Shown: one piece after another, positions 27,324 through 37,519 of the stretch
Layout of the letters: each line of letters opens with the position of its first letter
How positions within the stretch are numbered: the stretch's first letter is position 1
Source of the DNA: Sedimentisphaerales bacterium
Lineage (GTDB): Bacteria > Planctomycetota > Phycisphaerae > Sedimentisphaerales > SM23-30
DNA length: 64,000 bases
Assembly (NCBI GenBank): GCA_963663965.2
Contig: CAXXFK010000031.1
Span: forward strand, 32,001 to 96,000
Reading direction: 5' to 3'
The notes under the pieces: generated by a model
The model's input: only the letters and a program-made list of their open reading frames with translations
What the model was told of the DNA's origin: nothing
Database searches by the model: none
Made by a program: the position numbers and the translations under genes

Positions 27324-28883
27324 ATGGTGCAGATAACCCTAGATGATCGAACAGTCACTATCGAAGCCGGGGCGACCATTCTGGATGCGGCCAGGAAGGC
27401 TGGAGTCCATATTCCAACACTCTGTTATCTGGAAGACTGTCAACCTCAAACCTCCTGTATGGTCTGTGTCGTTCGTTTGGAACCGGGCGGTAAACTAGTC
27501 CCGGCGTGCGCCTATCCGGTGAGCGATGGACTCCGGGTGAGCAGTGAAGTCGATGAGGTTTTAACCATCCGCAAACGCAATCTGGAACTCCTGTTGAGTG
27601 AACACCTGGGCGATTGTGAAGGGCCCTGTACCTCGGCCTGCCCCGCCGGTATGCAGATTCCGTTGATGATTCGACAGATTGCTACTGGTGATCTGGAAGG
27701 GGCAATTAAAACGATTAAACGAGATATTCCTTTACCGGCGATTTTAGGTCGAATCTGTCCGGCGCCTTGTGAGGGTATCTGCCGGCGGAAATATCACGAT
27801 GAGGCATTGGCTATCTGCCAACTGAAACGATTTGTCGCCGATTGGGATTTGGCTAATGAGCAGCCATATTTGCCAGAAATCCATGGCGATTCCGGTAAAA
27901 AGGTTGCAATAGTGGGTACCGGACCGGCCGGATTATCCGGAGCCTGGTTTTTACGGACCATGGGACATTCCTGTCAGGTTTTTGAAGAACAGGATCGTCC
28001 TGGCGGACGGCTTTATGAATCCGGAACTGACAGATTATCAGAAGAGACCGTACTGGCTGAAATCCGGGTCATTGAATCACTAGGTTGTTCCATACAGTTG
28101 AATACAAAAATTGGCAGAGACATCACATTAGAAAATTTACGAAGGCAGTATGATGCGGTTTTAATCGCCACAGGAGATGGACACCTGGATGGGCTGGTAT
28201 ACCATGATACAGGATTGAAGGTTGACATGAAAACCATGCAAACCAGCCTGGAAGGTGTATTCGCAGCAGGCAATGTGATACGCAAGGGACGAATCGCCAT
28301 TCGATCCATAGGCCAGGCTAAAAACGCAACCAGATCCATTGACAATTATCTGAGGGGTGATAAACAAGATGGCTTGAGAGAAGCGTTTACATGTCATATT
28401 GGGAAAATTCGAGATGAAGAAATCAGGACGTTTGCAGATGCAGCATCCCAAAGAGGAAGGGTATTGACAAAAGAACAAAAATACGAGGCATTGACCAAAG
28501 AACAAAGCGCCTGGGAGGCCCAGCGGTGTCTGAGATGCGATTGTCGAAAAGCGAGTGATTGCCGGTTACGCCAGGTATGCCAGGATTATGAGATTATGGC
28601 CCCTAAACTTAAAGATAACAGGCCAGCATTCGAACAAGCTATTCAAATAAACAGTAAAAATGCCCGTAAAGTGGTTTATGAAAAGGGTAAATGTATACGA
28701 TGCGGGCTATGTGTTCAGATTACAACTCGAGAGGAAGAGCGCTATGGCTTGTCCTTTACGGGTAGAGGATTTGAAGCGTTTATCGCCGTGCCGCTTGATC
28801 ATAGCTTGGATGAGGCGTTAACCCGTTCGGCCGAAGCTTGTGTAAGAGCCTGCCCGACTGCCGCGTTGGCATTTCTTGAATAG
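27324..28883 (+). CDS. Fe-S flavoprotein: HydA/NuoG N-terminal Fe-S module with an inserted, internally deleted GltD-like domain
   Basis: IPTLC..SCMVC..PAC (2Fe-2S); EHLGDC; PCTSACP, GRICPAPCEGICRR; VAIVGTGPAG; GVFAAGN; CLRCDCRKASDC; CIRCGLC..CVRACPTAAL. Confidence 0.85.
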   Translation: MVQITLDDRTVTIEAGATILDAARKAGVHIPTLCYLEDCQPQTSCMVCVVRLEPGGKLVPACAYPVSDGLRVSSEVDEVLTIRKRNLELLLSEHLGDCEGPCTSACPAGMQIPLMIRQIATGDLEGAIKTIKRDIPLPAILGRICPAPCEGICRRKYHDEALAICQLKRFVADWDLANEQPYLPEIHGDSGKKVAIVGTGPAGLSGAWFLRTMGHSCQVFEEQDRPGGRLYESGTDRLSEETVLAEIRVIESLGCSIQLNTKIGRDITLENLRRQYDAVLIATGDGHLDGLVYHDTGLKVDMKTMQTSLEGVFAAGNVIRKGRIAIRSIGQAKNATRSIDNYLRGDKQDGLREAFTCHIGKIRDEEIRTFADAASQRGRVLTKEQKYEALTKEQSAWEAQRCLRCDCRKASDCRLRQVCQDYEIMAPKLKDNRPAFEQAIQINSKNARKVVYEKGKCIRCGLCVQITTREEERYGLSFTGRGFEAFIAVPLDHSLDEALTRSAEACVRACPTAALAFLE

Positions 28884-28926
28884 AAAAACCTGGTATACCC
28901 GATTCGATGGCAGATGTTTAAATTCC

Positions 28927-28955
28927 TTGACAGGGAGTTAGTTTATTATTAGAAT
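28927..28955 (+). promoter_or_regulatory. sigma70 promoter upstream of accBC
   Basis: TTGACA-17 nt-TAGAAT. Confidence 0.75.
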
Positions 28956-28965
28956 TTCGCTCAAT

Positions 28966-29065
28966 TTGGCATTTACTGCAAAAAGCCAATCGCGCCCTAA
29001 CTGCTTTATTTTACAGTAGATAATTTACGCAACGCTGTAAAAAGATGAAAAGCAGTCAGTTGGGC
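28966..29065 (+). ncRNA. Candidate structured leader RNA or sRNA upstream of accB
   Basis: TTGGC/GCCAA hairpin followed by a long imperfect stem (GCCC/GGGC, ACTGCTTT/AAAGCAGT, TTTTACAG/CTGTAAAA) directly after the promoter. Confidence 0.35.
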
Positions 29066-29151
29066 TTGTGTAAAATCAGAAATTATTGACAGCTATTGAA
29101 ATGACTTGATATTGATTTTCAATGCACATATCAATGCAGGAGACTGAGCTG

Positions 29152-29622
29152 ATGGATATTGATAAAATCAAGGATTTGATGGAAATGATGAAGGCCAACG
29201 ACCTGAGCGAACTGGAAGTCGTTGATGGTCAGACTCGTATTGTGTTGAAGCGTAGCCGGGAAGCGAATGGCGTGCCAGTGGTCGTCCATTCATCTGTTAG
29301 TCCAGTAGCGGTTCCTTCTGCTCAAGTTTCATCTGCGGCCATGCCGGCAACACCAGAAACTCCCAAACAGCCGGCGGCAAATTTATTAGAAATCAAATCG
29401 CCGATCGTCGGTACCTTTTATACCTCGCCCAGCCCCAATGCGGATCCATTTGTCAAAGTTGGCCAGCATGTGGATGACGAAACAGTCGTCTGTATTGTAG
29501 AAGCGATGAAAGTCATGAACGAGGTGAAAGCAGAAGTAAGAGGAACCATCAAAAAAGTATTAACCTCGAACGGACAAGCCGTTGAATTTGGACAACCTCT
29601 ATTTCTGGTTGAACCGGATTAA
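29152..29622 (+). CDS. accB: Acetyl-CoA carboxylase biotin carboxyl carrier protein
   Basis: [23 protein letters not shown] biotinylation motif, VEFGQPLF. Confidence 0.95.
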   Translation: MDIDKIKDLMEMMKANDLSELEVVDGQTRIVLKRSREANGVPVVVHSSVSPVAVPSAQVSSAAMPATPETPKQPAANLLEIKSPIVGTFYTSPSPNADPFVKVGQHVDDETVVCIVEAMKVMNEVKAEVRGTIKKVLTSNGQAVEFGQPLFLVEPD

Positions 29623-29680
29623 TTTAAACCCGTATCGTGAAATAAAGAAAACATTCAACTGGGTAGTAATTAAGGGCACT

Positions 29681-31018
29681 ATGTTTTCAAGAATATTAGT
29701 AGCAAATCGTGGTGAAATTGCCTTGCGGATAATACGCGCCTGTCGTGAGTTGGGTGTTCAGACCGTGGTGGTCTATTCGGAGGCAGACCGAGGCGCCTCA
29801 TATCTGGACCTGGCAGACGAAAAGGTCTGTATTGGTCCGGCGCCGGCAACAGACAGTTACCTGAACATTCCGAGAATTATCAGCGCCGCAGAAATCACCA
29901 ATGTTGAGGCAATCCACCCGGGTTATGGTTTTCTTGCTGAAAACGCCCATTTTGCGGAAGTCTGCCGTGATTGCAAGATTACCTTTATAGGTCCAACCCC
30001 GGAAACCATTAAGGCGCTGGGTGACAAGGTAGAAGCGCGCAACCTGGCCAAACAAGCCAATGTACCCATTGTGCCAGGCTCTGAAGGGCCGGTTCGAAAT
30101 GAAGAGGAGGCAGTCAGGCTGGCCGCAGAGATCGGCTATCCGGTGATTGTCAAGGCTTCGGCCGGTGGCGGCGGGCGCGGGATGCGAATCGCACATAACG
30201 AAATGAATCTACGAACCGGATTTCACAGCGCACAGGCAGAAGCCGGTAGTGCGTTTAATAATCCGGAAGTATTTATTGAAAAATATCTGGAGCATGCCAG
30301 GCATGTTGAAGTTCAGATACTGGCAGATCAGCATGGTAATGTGATTCATTTATGGGAACGCGACTGCAGTTTGCAACGGCGTCATCAGAAAGTGGTTGAG
30401 GAGAGCCCCAGTCCGGCACTGGACCAGAAAACCCGTGAAGCGTTGTGTGAAAGCGCCGTTCGACTGGCAAAAGAGGTAGGCTATGTCAATGCCGGAACCG
30501 TTGAATTTTTGATGGATAAAAATAAGAATTTCTTTTTTGGTGAGGTCAATACCCGCATTCAGGTGGAACATCCCGTTACGGAGATGGTAACCGGGGTTGA
30601 CCTGTTAAAATGGCAGTTGCGGATCGCGACAGGTGAGAAATTAACGTTAAAACAGAAAGACATTAAACAGCGTGGCGCTGCGATTGAATGTCGAATCAAC
30701 GCAGAGGATCCATATAACAAGTTCAGACCCAGTCCGGGCCCCATAGAACGATTTATTGCTCCGGGTGGGTATGGTGTGCGACTGGATAGTCACGCACACA
30801 GCGGTTATACAATTACGCCTCGTTATGATTCGATGATTGGCAAATTGATTGTGCATCAACCCAGCCGGGCCGAAGCTATTGCCTGTATGAAACGATGTCT
30901 GGAGGAGTTTGAGATCGGACCGATTAAAACGACCATTCCAATCTGCCGGGAAATCATGTCGCATCCGACATACATCAAAGGCGAGGTGGACACCGGGTTT
31001 ATTGAACGCACCTGGTAA
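29681..31018 (+). CDS. accC: Acetyl-CoA carboxylase biotin carboxylase subunit
   Basis: [55 protein letters not shown]. Confidence 0.96.
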   Translation: MFSRILVANRGEIALRIIRACRELGVQTVVVYSEADRGASYLDLADEKVCIGPAPATDSYLNIPRIISAAEITNVEAIHPGYGFLAENAHFAEVCRDCKITFIGPTPETIKALGDKVEARNLAKQANVPIVPGSEGPVRNEEEAVRLAAEIGYPVIVKASAGGGGRGMRIAHNEMNLRTGFHSAQAEAGSAFNNPEVFIEKYLEHARHVEVQILADQHGNVIHLWERDCSLQRRHQKVVEESPSPALDQKTREALCESAVRLAKEVGYVNAGTVEFLMDKNKNFFFGEVNTRIQVEHPVTEMVTGVDLLKWQLRIATGEKLTLKQKDIKQRGAAIECRINAEDPYNKFRPSPGPIERFIAPGGYGVRLDSHAHSGYTITPRYDSMIGKLIVHQPSRAEAIACMKRCLEEFEIGPIKTTIPICREIMSHPTYIKGEVDTGFIERTW

Positions 31019-31141
31019 ATCGAATTTAATGAGCATGGTACGCGATAATCAGCCGACAAGCTGTTGTCGCTCAAAAATAATTACTTTACAATATGTTCCC
31101 GCGTTCTCAGGAAGCGGGCCGAAAATGACAGGAGTGAATTA

Positions 31142-32371
31142 ATGAGTCAGTTAAAAGGTAATGCCATTGTAGGCCAGTCAGGTGGACCAACCTGCGTAAT
31201 TAACCAGTCGTTGGTGGGAGTGATCGAAGAAAGTTTTGATCATGATTGTATTGAAACGTTGTATGGTTCCCGCCATGGTTCCCGAGGAATATTAAATGAA
31301 GATTTCATCGATTTAAAAGCATTGGCATCACAAAATGCCCCAGCCGGCCAGAAATATAATAAGGATTTTCTGGAACGGGTTGCTTTTACCCCATCGGCAG
31401 CGTTGGGTTCAACCCGCGATAAACCCGATGAAGCCTACTGTAAAAAGGTATTTGATGTTTTTCAGAACCATAACATTCGATATTTCTTTTACGCGGGTGG
31501 TAATGATTCGTCCGATACCGCGCGAATTATCCGGGATATGGGTGTTAAAGCCGGTTATGAATTGAAAGTCTTTCATATACCCAAGACCATTGACAATGAT
31601 TTGTGTGGTATTGATCATTGCCCGGGATTTGGCTCCGCCGCTAAATTTGTTATCCAGGCGGTCATGGGCGATAATCAGGACAGTCGGTCGCTGCCCGGTA
31701 TCAAGGTGGATATTATCATGGGTCGCCATGCCGGTTTTCTGACCGCGGCGTCAATGATGGCACGGCAAAGGCCGGAAGATGGTCCGCATTTGATCTATGT
31801 GCCTGAAAGCAAAATTTCGATGGAACAAATTATCGGTGATGTCAAAGCCGCCAAGGCTAAGTATGGCCGTTGTCTGGTTGTCGTCAGTGAGGGGATTAAT
31901 GATGAGAATGGCACCCCATGGGCGAAACGAATGAGTGAAAATGTGGAAAAAGACGCTCACGGGAATATCCAGCTTTCCGGAAGCGGCGCCCTGGGTGATT
32001 TCCTGATCGGTCAATTGAAAAAGGCCATGCCGGGTGAGAGAATGCGGGCGGATACTTTTGGGTATCTGCAGCGAAGTTTTGCCGGTCTGGTCAGTCCTAC
32101 CGATGCCGATGAAGCGCGTGGATGTGGACGCCTGGCGGTACGCTACGCCTGTACGACGGCTGAAATGAGTGGCAGTGTCGCCTTTAAACGTGTCAGTAAT
32201 AATCCCTATGAACTGGATTATTTCCGTCAGGACCTGGAAAATGTGGCTGCCAAGACGCGCCATTTGCCGGCTGAATATATCAATAGTGAAGGCAACAATA
32301 TCAACGAGAGTTATCGCGAATATATGGCGCCTCTGGTTGGTGAACTGCCCCAGATGGGATATCTGTATTAA
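31142..32371 (+). CDS. pfp: 6-phosphofructokinase, predicted PPi-dependent
   Basis: QSGGP, GGNDS (Asp at the G/D104-equivalent site), PKTIDND (Lys at the 124-equivalent site), MGRHAG, GYLQRS; AGGAG RBS before ATG 31142. Confidence 0.85.
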   Translation: MSQLKGNAIVGQSGGPTCVINQSLVGVIEESFDHDCIETLYGSRHGSRGILNEDFIDLKALASQNAPAGQKYNKDFLERVAFTPSAALGSTRDKPDEAYCKKVFDVFQNHNIRYFFYAGGNDSSDTARIIRDMGVKAGYELKVFHIPKTIDNDLCGIDHCPGFGSAAKFVIQAVMGDNQDSRSLPGIKVDIIMGRHAGFLTAASMMARQRPEDGPHLIYVPESKISMEQIIGDVKAAKAKYGRCLVVVSEGINDENGTPWAKRMSENVEKDAHGNIQLSGSGALGDFLIGQLKKAMPGERMRADTFGYLQRSFAGLVSPTDADEARGCGRLAVRYACTTAEMSGSVAFKRVSNNPYELDYFRQDLENVAAKTRHLPAEYINSEGNNINESYREYMAPLVGELPQMGYLY

Positions 32372-32413
32372 AACAACCCCATCGGGCAGGGTTTATAAAT
32401 CCAGAAGATGATT

Positions 32414-32447
32414 ACAAAAGGCGAAATTTTTCAATTTCGCCTTTTGT
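32414..32447. terminator. Bidirectional terminator between pfp and the convergent hypothetical gene
   Basis: Perfect 15-bp inverted repeat ACAAAAGGCGAAATT-TTTC-AATTTCGCCTTTTGT. Confidence 0.8.
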
Positions 32448-33858
32448 TTGCGCAGTCGGCAGATGACAACTCGTTGAATTTCAAATTCATTGAATTGGAA
32501 TTGCGGACTTCAAATACAATATCCATTTCATAACCATCGTTATCTTGAGATTCATCACCTCCATCCGACTTGCCATTGCTTGAGACGCTGTATAGTTTAT
32601 AACCCGTCTTTGTCAAATCATATCGAATGAACTGATTGTCTGGCGTGAAATAATCAACTGGAATTTCCGATATAAATTCGGGCTTAAGGGTAGTCAACAT
32701 CATAGGATACGCATGATATTTGTTATGATACAATTCTATGGCTAATGCCGTATCACACAGATCATTGAGTGTTAATGTCTTCAAATCATGATTAAACATT
32801 TGCTTAATATAATAAGTGCCGAATAGATCAAAATGGGAGATAACATCCTCGAACAAGTCTCGGGATTCAGAGTATTTAATATTCAGCATTTGAATATTTT
32901 GCCTTCTCTGAAGCCATGGCTGCCGAACCGCTTCTAGATAATCCAGGGCCATATATCCCGTATTTAAGTAATATTTTTGTGGTCCACCCAAAGCCCGATA
33001 AAGAGTTAATGTCCAAGATGAGGTTTTTTTCGGATTGGTCAGGTAAAATGCCATTTCTGGCATTTCAGTATTCATATAATGATAATACGTTATTTCTGAC
33101 TTCAACGATCTATACAAACTGTCACTATCATATACCTGATCCAAAAGTTCCTTGATTTCTTGTAATAAATCTGAATCCAGCCGATTTTCGCTCAAGACAA
33201 TTTTGATCGCATTGATACCATACCGGGCAGCACCATTACCCATGATATGACTCAATAAAAAAGGCTGGTTCTTCGCATGTCTGCTTAATGCAAAAATCGC
33301 CTTGATACCTGCCTTCATCTCATCTTGATTACCCAGACGAGCCGACCAGACAATACTATGAGGAAGCATTTTAAATAGCACACGAATTGCCCCTAGAGAA
33401 TTTTCATTATTGGGACATCTCTTATTGTCATATTCAATCGGTAAATAGCAATATTCATATTGAGATGCCTGCTTCAAATGTTGAATTATTTCCTGGAATT
33501 CAGCCAAATAACTCAGGTGTTGCCACTTTAATGATTCATCATCTGCGGGCGCAATGTCTTCCCATGGCAATTCGTTGGCTACGCCATTTTCATCATCATA
33601 TATGGTATCGAGAAAATCAAATATCTGCTGATAAACATCTGCCGCGTTCTTTTCGCTGCAATGGTATTGATTTTCCAGCTCTTCGATGGTCAGCGCAATT
33701 CCGGCACGATGCATTTCATTATTTAAATTTTCAACACGAGAATTCAAAGATGAAATATTGAGCCACCAGGCAATTAAAAATACCGTAAGAGTGCCTATTG
33801 CTATCAAACAGTCAAAGAACCATTTTTTTCTCTTAAATAGATTCAATATCACTGCCAA
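32431..33858 (-). CDS. Membrane-anchored helical hypothetical protein with a T2SS-G/pseudopilin-like C-terminal motif
   Basis: N-terminal TM; C-terminal ALAIELYHNKYHAYP..L..L.P..I..IPVDYF..YKLYSV..NG.SDGG; AT-rich; start uncertain. Confidence 0.55.
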   Translation of the reverse strand: MAVILNLFKRKKWFFDCLIAIGTLTVFLIAWWLNISSLNSRVENLNNEMHRAGIALTIEELENQYHCSEKNAADVYQQIFDFLDTIYDDENGVANELPWEDIAPADDESLKWQHLSYLAEFQEIIQHLKQASQYEYCYLPIEYDNKRCPNNENSLGAIRVLFKMLPHSIVWSARLGNQDEMKAGIKAIFALSRHAKNQPFLLSHIMGNGAARYGINAIKIVLSENRLDSDLLQEIKELLDQVYDSDSLYRSLKSEITYYHYMNTEMPEMAFYLTNPKKTSSWTLTLYRALGGPQKYYLNTGYMALDYLEAVRQPWLQRRQNIQMLNIKYSESRDLFEDVISHFDLFGTYYIKQMFNHDLKTLTLNDLCDTALAIELYHNKYHAYPMMLTTLKPEFISEIPVDYFTPDNQFIRYDLTKTGYKLYSVSSNGKSDGGDESQDNDGYEMDIVFEVRNSNSMNLKFNELSSADCANKRRN

Positions 33859-33979
33859 TAAATAGTATTGTTGAAAACAGAATTATATTATTTATATAGA
33901 CCGGTCTTAATACGATTTATTTCAAAAACAACTGCGCAAACGGTTGTATTGAGATTGAAAAAGGCAAGAATTGATAAAA

Positions 33980-34067
<88 letters not shown>

Positions 34068-34181
34068 AAGAGGTAGATCCAGATATTAACATAAATATCT
34101 AAAAAAGCAAGGGTTAAAATGAAGACAGCCCAAAGGCCGACATGAACAGAAAGCTAACATAAGTATTTTAATTACAATATA

Positions 34182-34958
34182 TTACGATTTGTTTAGCCAT
34201 AAAGGTTTAAAACAAAGAAAAATTGATGATATCAAGGCCAGAATCATTACCAGTACATTAAATTTTTTCTGATCAATCTTGTTAACCAACCATATCCCGC
34301 AGGCACTTCCGCATAAAATGGCTGGCATTAAGGTCAGATTGGTCAAGAAGGATGGCAGGGTGACCAGATTTAATTTCATGCTGAAAGGTATTTTGGTCAG
34401 GTTCAGCAAAAAGAAGAACATGGCTGAGGTGCCGATGAAGCGTTTTTTGTCAAATTTCGTAGCCAGTAAATAAATAGTCATGATGGCTCCGGCGGCATTG
34501 GCTAACATACTGGTTGCGCCTGCCAGTATTCCCATGGTGCCCGCAAAGGCGGGATTTGATGGCAAATGAATATCCTGAGCCTGAGAGTGATGATTCAGCC
34601 ATCTTGATATGAACAGGAGAATAATGGTTAAAATTCCTATGACCGGCATGAGTTGGCTACTGGAAATGACCTTCAGTATAAAAAAACCAGAGATGACACC
34701 TGTCAGAGTCCATGGGATAAATAATCTGGTAATTTGCGTATAATCAACATGATTTCGCCACCAGATAATCGCCATAATATCAGCCAGACTTAGAATAGGC
34801 AGAAGAAAGCCCGTTGATTCTCTGCTATCCATAACACTTGCCAGTAAGGGAACCACCAGAAAACCGGCGCCTGAGATTCCCATTTTTGCGAATCCGATCA
34901 TGAAAGCACATAATCCGGCAACACACCATTGAATTAACGAAAAATCTAATAGTTCCAT
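34182..34958 (-). CDS. Sulfite exporter TauE/SafE family membrane protein
   Basis: IGFAKMGISGAG, GATSMLANAAG, FIGTSAMFFFLLNLTKIPF; about 8 TMs. Confidence 0.8.
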   Translation of the reverse strand: MELLDFSLIQWCVAGLCAFMIGFAKMGISGAGFLVVPLLASVMDSRESTGFLLPILSLADIMAIIWWRNHVDYTQITRLFIPWTLTGVISGFFILKVISSSQLMPVIGILTIILLFISRWLNHHSQAQDIHLPSNPAFAGTMGILAGATSMLANAAGAIMTIYLLATKFDKKRFIGTSAMFFFLLNLTKIPFSMKLNLVTLPSFLTNLTLMPAILCGSACGIWLVNKIDQKKFNVLVMILALISSIFLCFKPLWLNKS

Positions 34959-34963
34959 AAATA

Positions 34964-37297
34964 CTACATTAAATAAATAGGGTCTACATCCACTACAGCT
35001 TGAATTTTGTTTTCAGACAGAATCCTGGATCGATTGGCTCCCAGGATACGCTGAATATCCACGGCAGAGGGACTTTTCAGTAAAATTTCATATCGATGAT
35101 AAGTTTCCAGGCGAGCTATGGCGGCGGGAACCGGCCCCCGGATTTCAATTTGCAGTCCCATTTTTTCTTTGGTCTGGTCAAGAATCAGACGAAGATCCTG
35201 AGAATAGTTTTGTAAAGGTTCTAATTTATGGTGACGCATGATAATCCGTGCCATGCGATGGCAGGGGGGCATCTGACAGCGATAACGGGCTTTCAACTCC
35301 ATTTCAGCGAAACGCAGATAATCATGGCGACAGGCCATGGCAATTGAAGGTTCGTCAGGCAAGAAACTCTGAACAACGACAATGCCATTATCAATCGATC
35401 TGCCACAACGACCTGCCACCTGGACTATTAATTGAAAGGTTCTTTCCGCACTACGAAAATCAGGTAGCGACAACGCCATATCAGCCGACAAAACACCGAC
35501 AAGCGCCACATTGGGAAAATCCAATCCTTTACCAATCATTTGGGTGCCCAGCAAAACATCAATTTTCCCTTCTCCAAAGTTTTTCAGTAAGTTTGCGTAG
35601 TCAGCGGGATTGACTGAATCACTGTCAACACGTTGTACACGTATGTTGGGGAATTTTTCGTTCAGTTCATCCTCGGCTTTTTGTGTTCCGGGGCCAATCA
35701 GTATCAATTTGCCTTTGCACAAGGGACAGATGCCGGGCACACGACAACTGTGCAGACAATAATGACAGACCATCATGCGATGCACACTTTGTTCGAATTC
35801 ATCCATCTGCCGATGATAGGTTAAACTGACATCGCAGTTGGGACAGGTATGAATATACTGGCAGGATGGACAATAGATGAAATTGCTATGGCCCCGACGA
35901 TTTAAAAACAGTATGGCTTGATTTCCATGAGCAATACATTGCTGCAATTGTTCTTCAAGCAGACGGCTGAAAAGGTGATTTCCCTTTCGTTCCTTGATTT
36001 CTTCACGCATATTTACCCTGAGCACTTTAGGCATGGGCAGTTCCTTGACCCGGTTGGGTAAATGCACGACATTGAAATTTGAGCGGTTCCGACTGTTAAA
36101 TAATGATTCGAGACTGGGAGTGGCTGACCCCAATATGATTGGAATATTGTGGATTTGAGCTCGTTTTATGGCCACATCACGACCATGATATCGAGGGGAT
36201 TTGTCCTGTTTGTAACTGGGCTCATGTTCTTCGTCGACCACTATCAGTCCGGGACGACATAAAGGCGCAAATATGGCGGAACGAGCGCCAACGACAACAT
36301 TGACCGTTCCATCAGCAATCCAACGCCATTGCTGATGCCTTAATGAATTAGACATTCCGGAATGCAAAACCGCCACGCGTCCAAAACGCCGTAAAAACCT
36401 GCTCTCCGTTTGTGGGGTTAATGCAATTTCCGGCACCAAAACAATCGCTTGTTTACCTTGTTTAATCACATGTTCAATGCAACTCAAATAAACTTCAGTT
36501 TTTCCGCTTCCGGTTACGCCATAGAGCAAGGTAGTAGAAAAATTGCCTTGATCGATCAGATGATTGATTGACTGGATGGCATTTTGCTGGTCAGGATTTA
36601 AAACGAAATTGTCAGAACGCTGGAACTCTGGCTCAATGGCATGCAATAAGGGTAATTCATTGGTTTGATAGATCTCAATATATCCAGACTTCGCGAGTGT
36701 CAGAAAAGGAGACCGGGTAGCCCCAACTGCAGCAGCAACATCGTCAAGAGCTATTGAGTCTGTTAACTTATTGATATGCTTGTGGATATATTCCAAAATG
36801 GTTCTACCTTTTGCGCTTAGTCGACATGCTTCAGATGAGATAATAGTGAAAGATTGTCCCAAATCGGACAGCTTAAGATAAGTTCTTTTGACAGTACCGA
36901 TATTTTTCTTAACAGCAGAAGGAACCATAGCCGCTAACGTTGAACCCAGCGGGCAGCAATAGTATCGGGATATCCATTGCGCCAGTTCGATCATATTACT
37001 GTCTAGAAGCGGAAGGGTATCAATAATCTCCGTAATATGCTTGATTTTGGAACTTTCAGATTGATCCGGAAATCCAACACAAAATCCAGTGTGGATTTTA
37101 TTGCTCCGTCCAAGTGGGGCTTTGACTCTCTGGCCGATCAAACATTGTGACTGGAGATGGCTAGGAATAGCATAATCATATAACTGATCACCGGCATTTT
37201 CAAAGGCAACGCGCACCAGAAACATCGCTTTTGAATCAGCAAATAAATCCTGGGAATCAGTCTGATCAAACAAATTCTTGAATAGTTCTTGTGACAT
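34964..37297 (-). CDS. priA: Primosomal protein N' (replication restart helicase)
   Basis: GVTGSGKTEVY, VPEIALTPQ, DEEHE, SATPSLES, NRRG, Cys-rich region, GKGLDFP, QVAGRCGR, VDVDP; start uncertain (37297 or 37354). Confidence 0.95.
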   Translation of the reverse strand: MSQELFKNLFDQTDSQDLFADSKAMFLVRVAFENAGDQLYDYAIPSHLQSQCLIGQRVKAPLGRSNKIHTGFCVGFPDQSESSKIKHITEIIDTLPLLDSNMIELAQWISRYYCCPLGSTLAAMVPSAVKKNIGTVKRTYLKLSDLGQSFTIISSEACRLSAKGRTILEYIHKHINKLTDSIALDDVAAAVGATRSPFLTLAKSGYIEIYQTNELPLLHAIEPEFQRSDNFVLNPDQQNAIQSINHLIDQGNFSTTLLYGVTGSGKTEVYLSCIEHVIKQGKQAIVLVPEIALTPQTESRFLRRFGRVAVLHSGMSNSLRHQQWRWIADGTVNVVVGARSAIFAPLCRPGLIVVDEEHEPSYKQDKSPRYHGRDVAIKRAQIHNIPIILGSATPSLESLFNSRNRSNFNVVHLPNRVKELPMPKVLRVNMREEIKERKGNHLFSRLLEEQLQQCIAHGNQAILFLNRRGHSNFIYCPSCQYIHTCPNCDVSLTYHRQMDEFEQSVHRMMVCHYCLHSCRVPGICPLCKGKLILIGPGTQKAEDELNEKFPNIRVQRVDSDSVNPADYANLLKNFGEGKIDVLLGTQMIGKGLDFPNVALVGVLSADMALSLPDFRSAERTFQLIVQVAGRCGRSIDNGIVVVQSFLPDEPSIAMACRHDYLRFAEMELKARYRCQMPPCHRMARIIMRHHKLEPLQNYSQDLRLILDQTKEKMGLQIEIRGPVPAAIARLETYHRYEILLKSPSAVDIQRILGANRSRILSENKIQAVVDVDPIYLM

Positions 37298-37519
37298 GCG
37301 GTGAAGGATACTTTCATAAAACCTTATTTTATAATAATTAACAGAGTATTGCAACAGAATATTCCTGTCTTTGAATTTAAAACCTGATATGATGGCCAGA
37401 CAGTTACTTGAGTAGATGTGGAAATAGGCTTTACTACTGAGAAATTTCTGTTATTTTTATAAATTGTAAATTAATGACGATAGTTTATAAAAGTAAATAA
37501 ATATCAGTATGGAGCACGA

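Noticed and set aside
24972..28883. Calling these genes complex I nuoEFG or glutamate synthase gltD
   Set aside because: No nuo membrane subunits or gltB are present, and the domain architecture differs (extra clusters, missing NADPH domain).
14743..28883. ApbE-dependent flavinylation of the cluster proteins
   Set aside because: No convincing [S/T]GA[S/T] flavinylation motif or FMN-binding domain was found in their extracytoplasmic parts.
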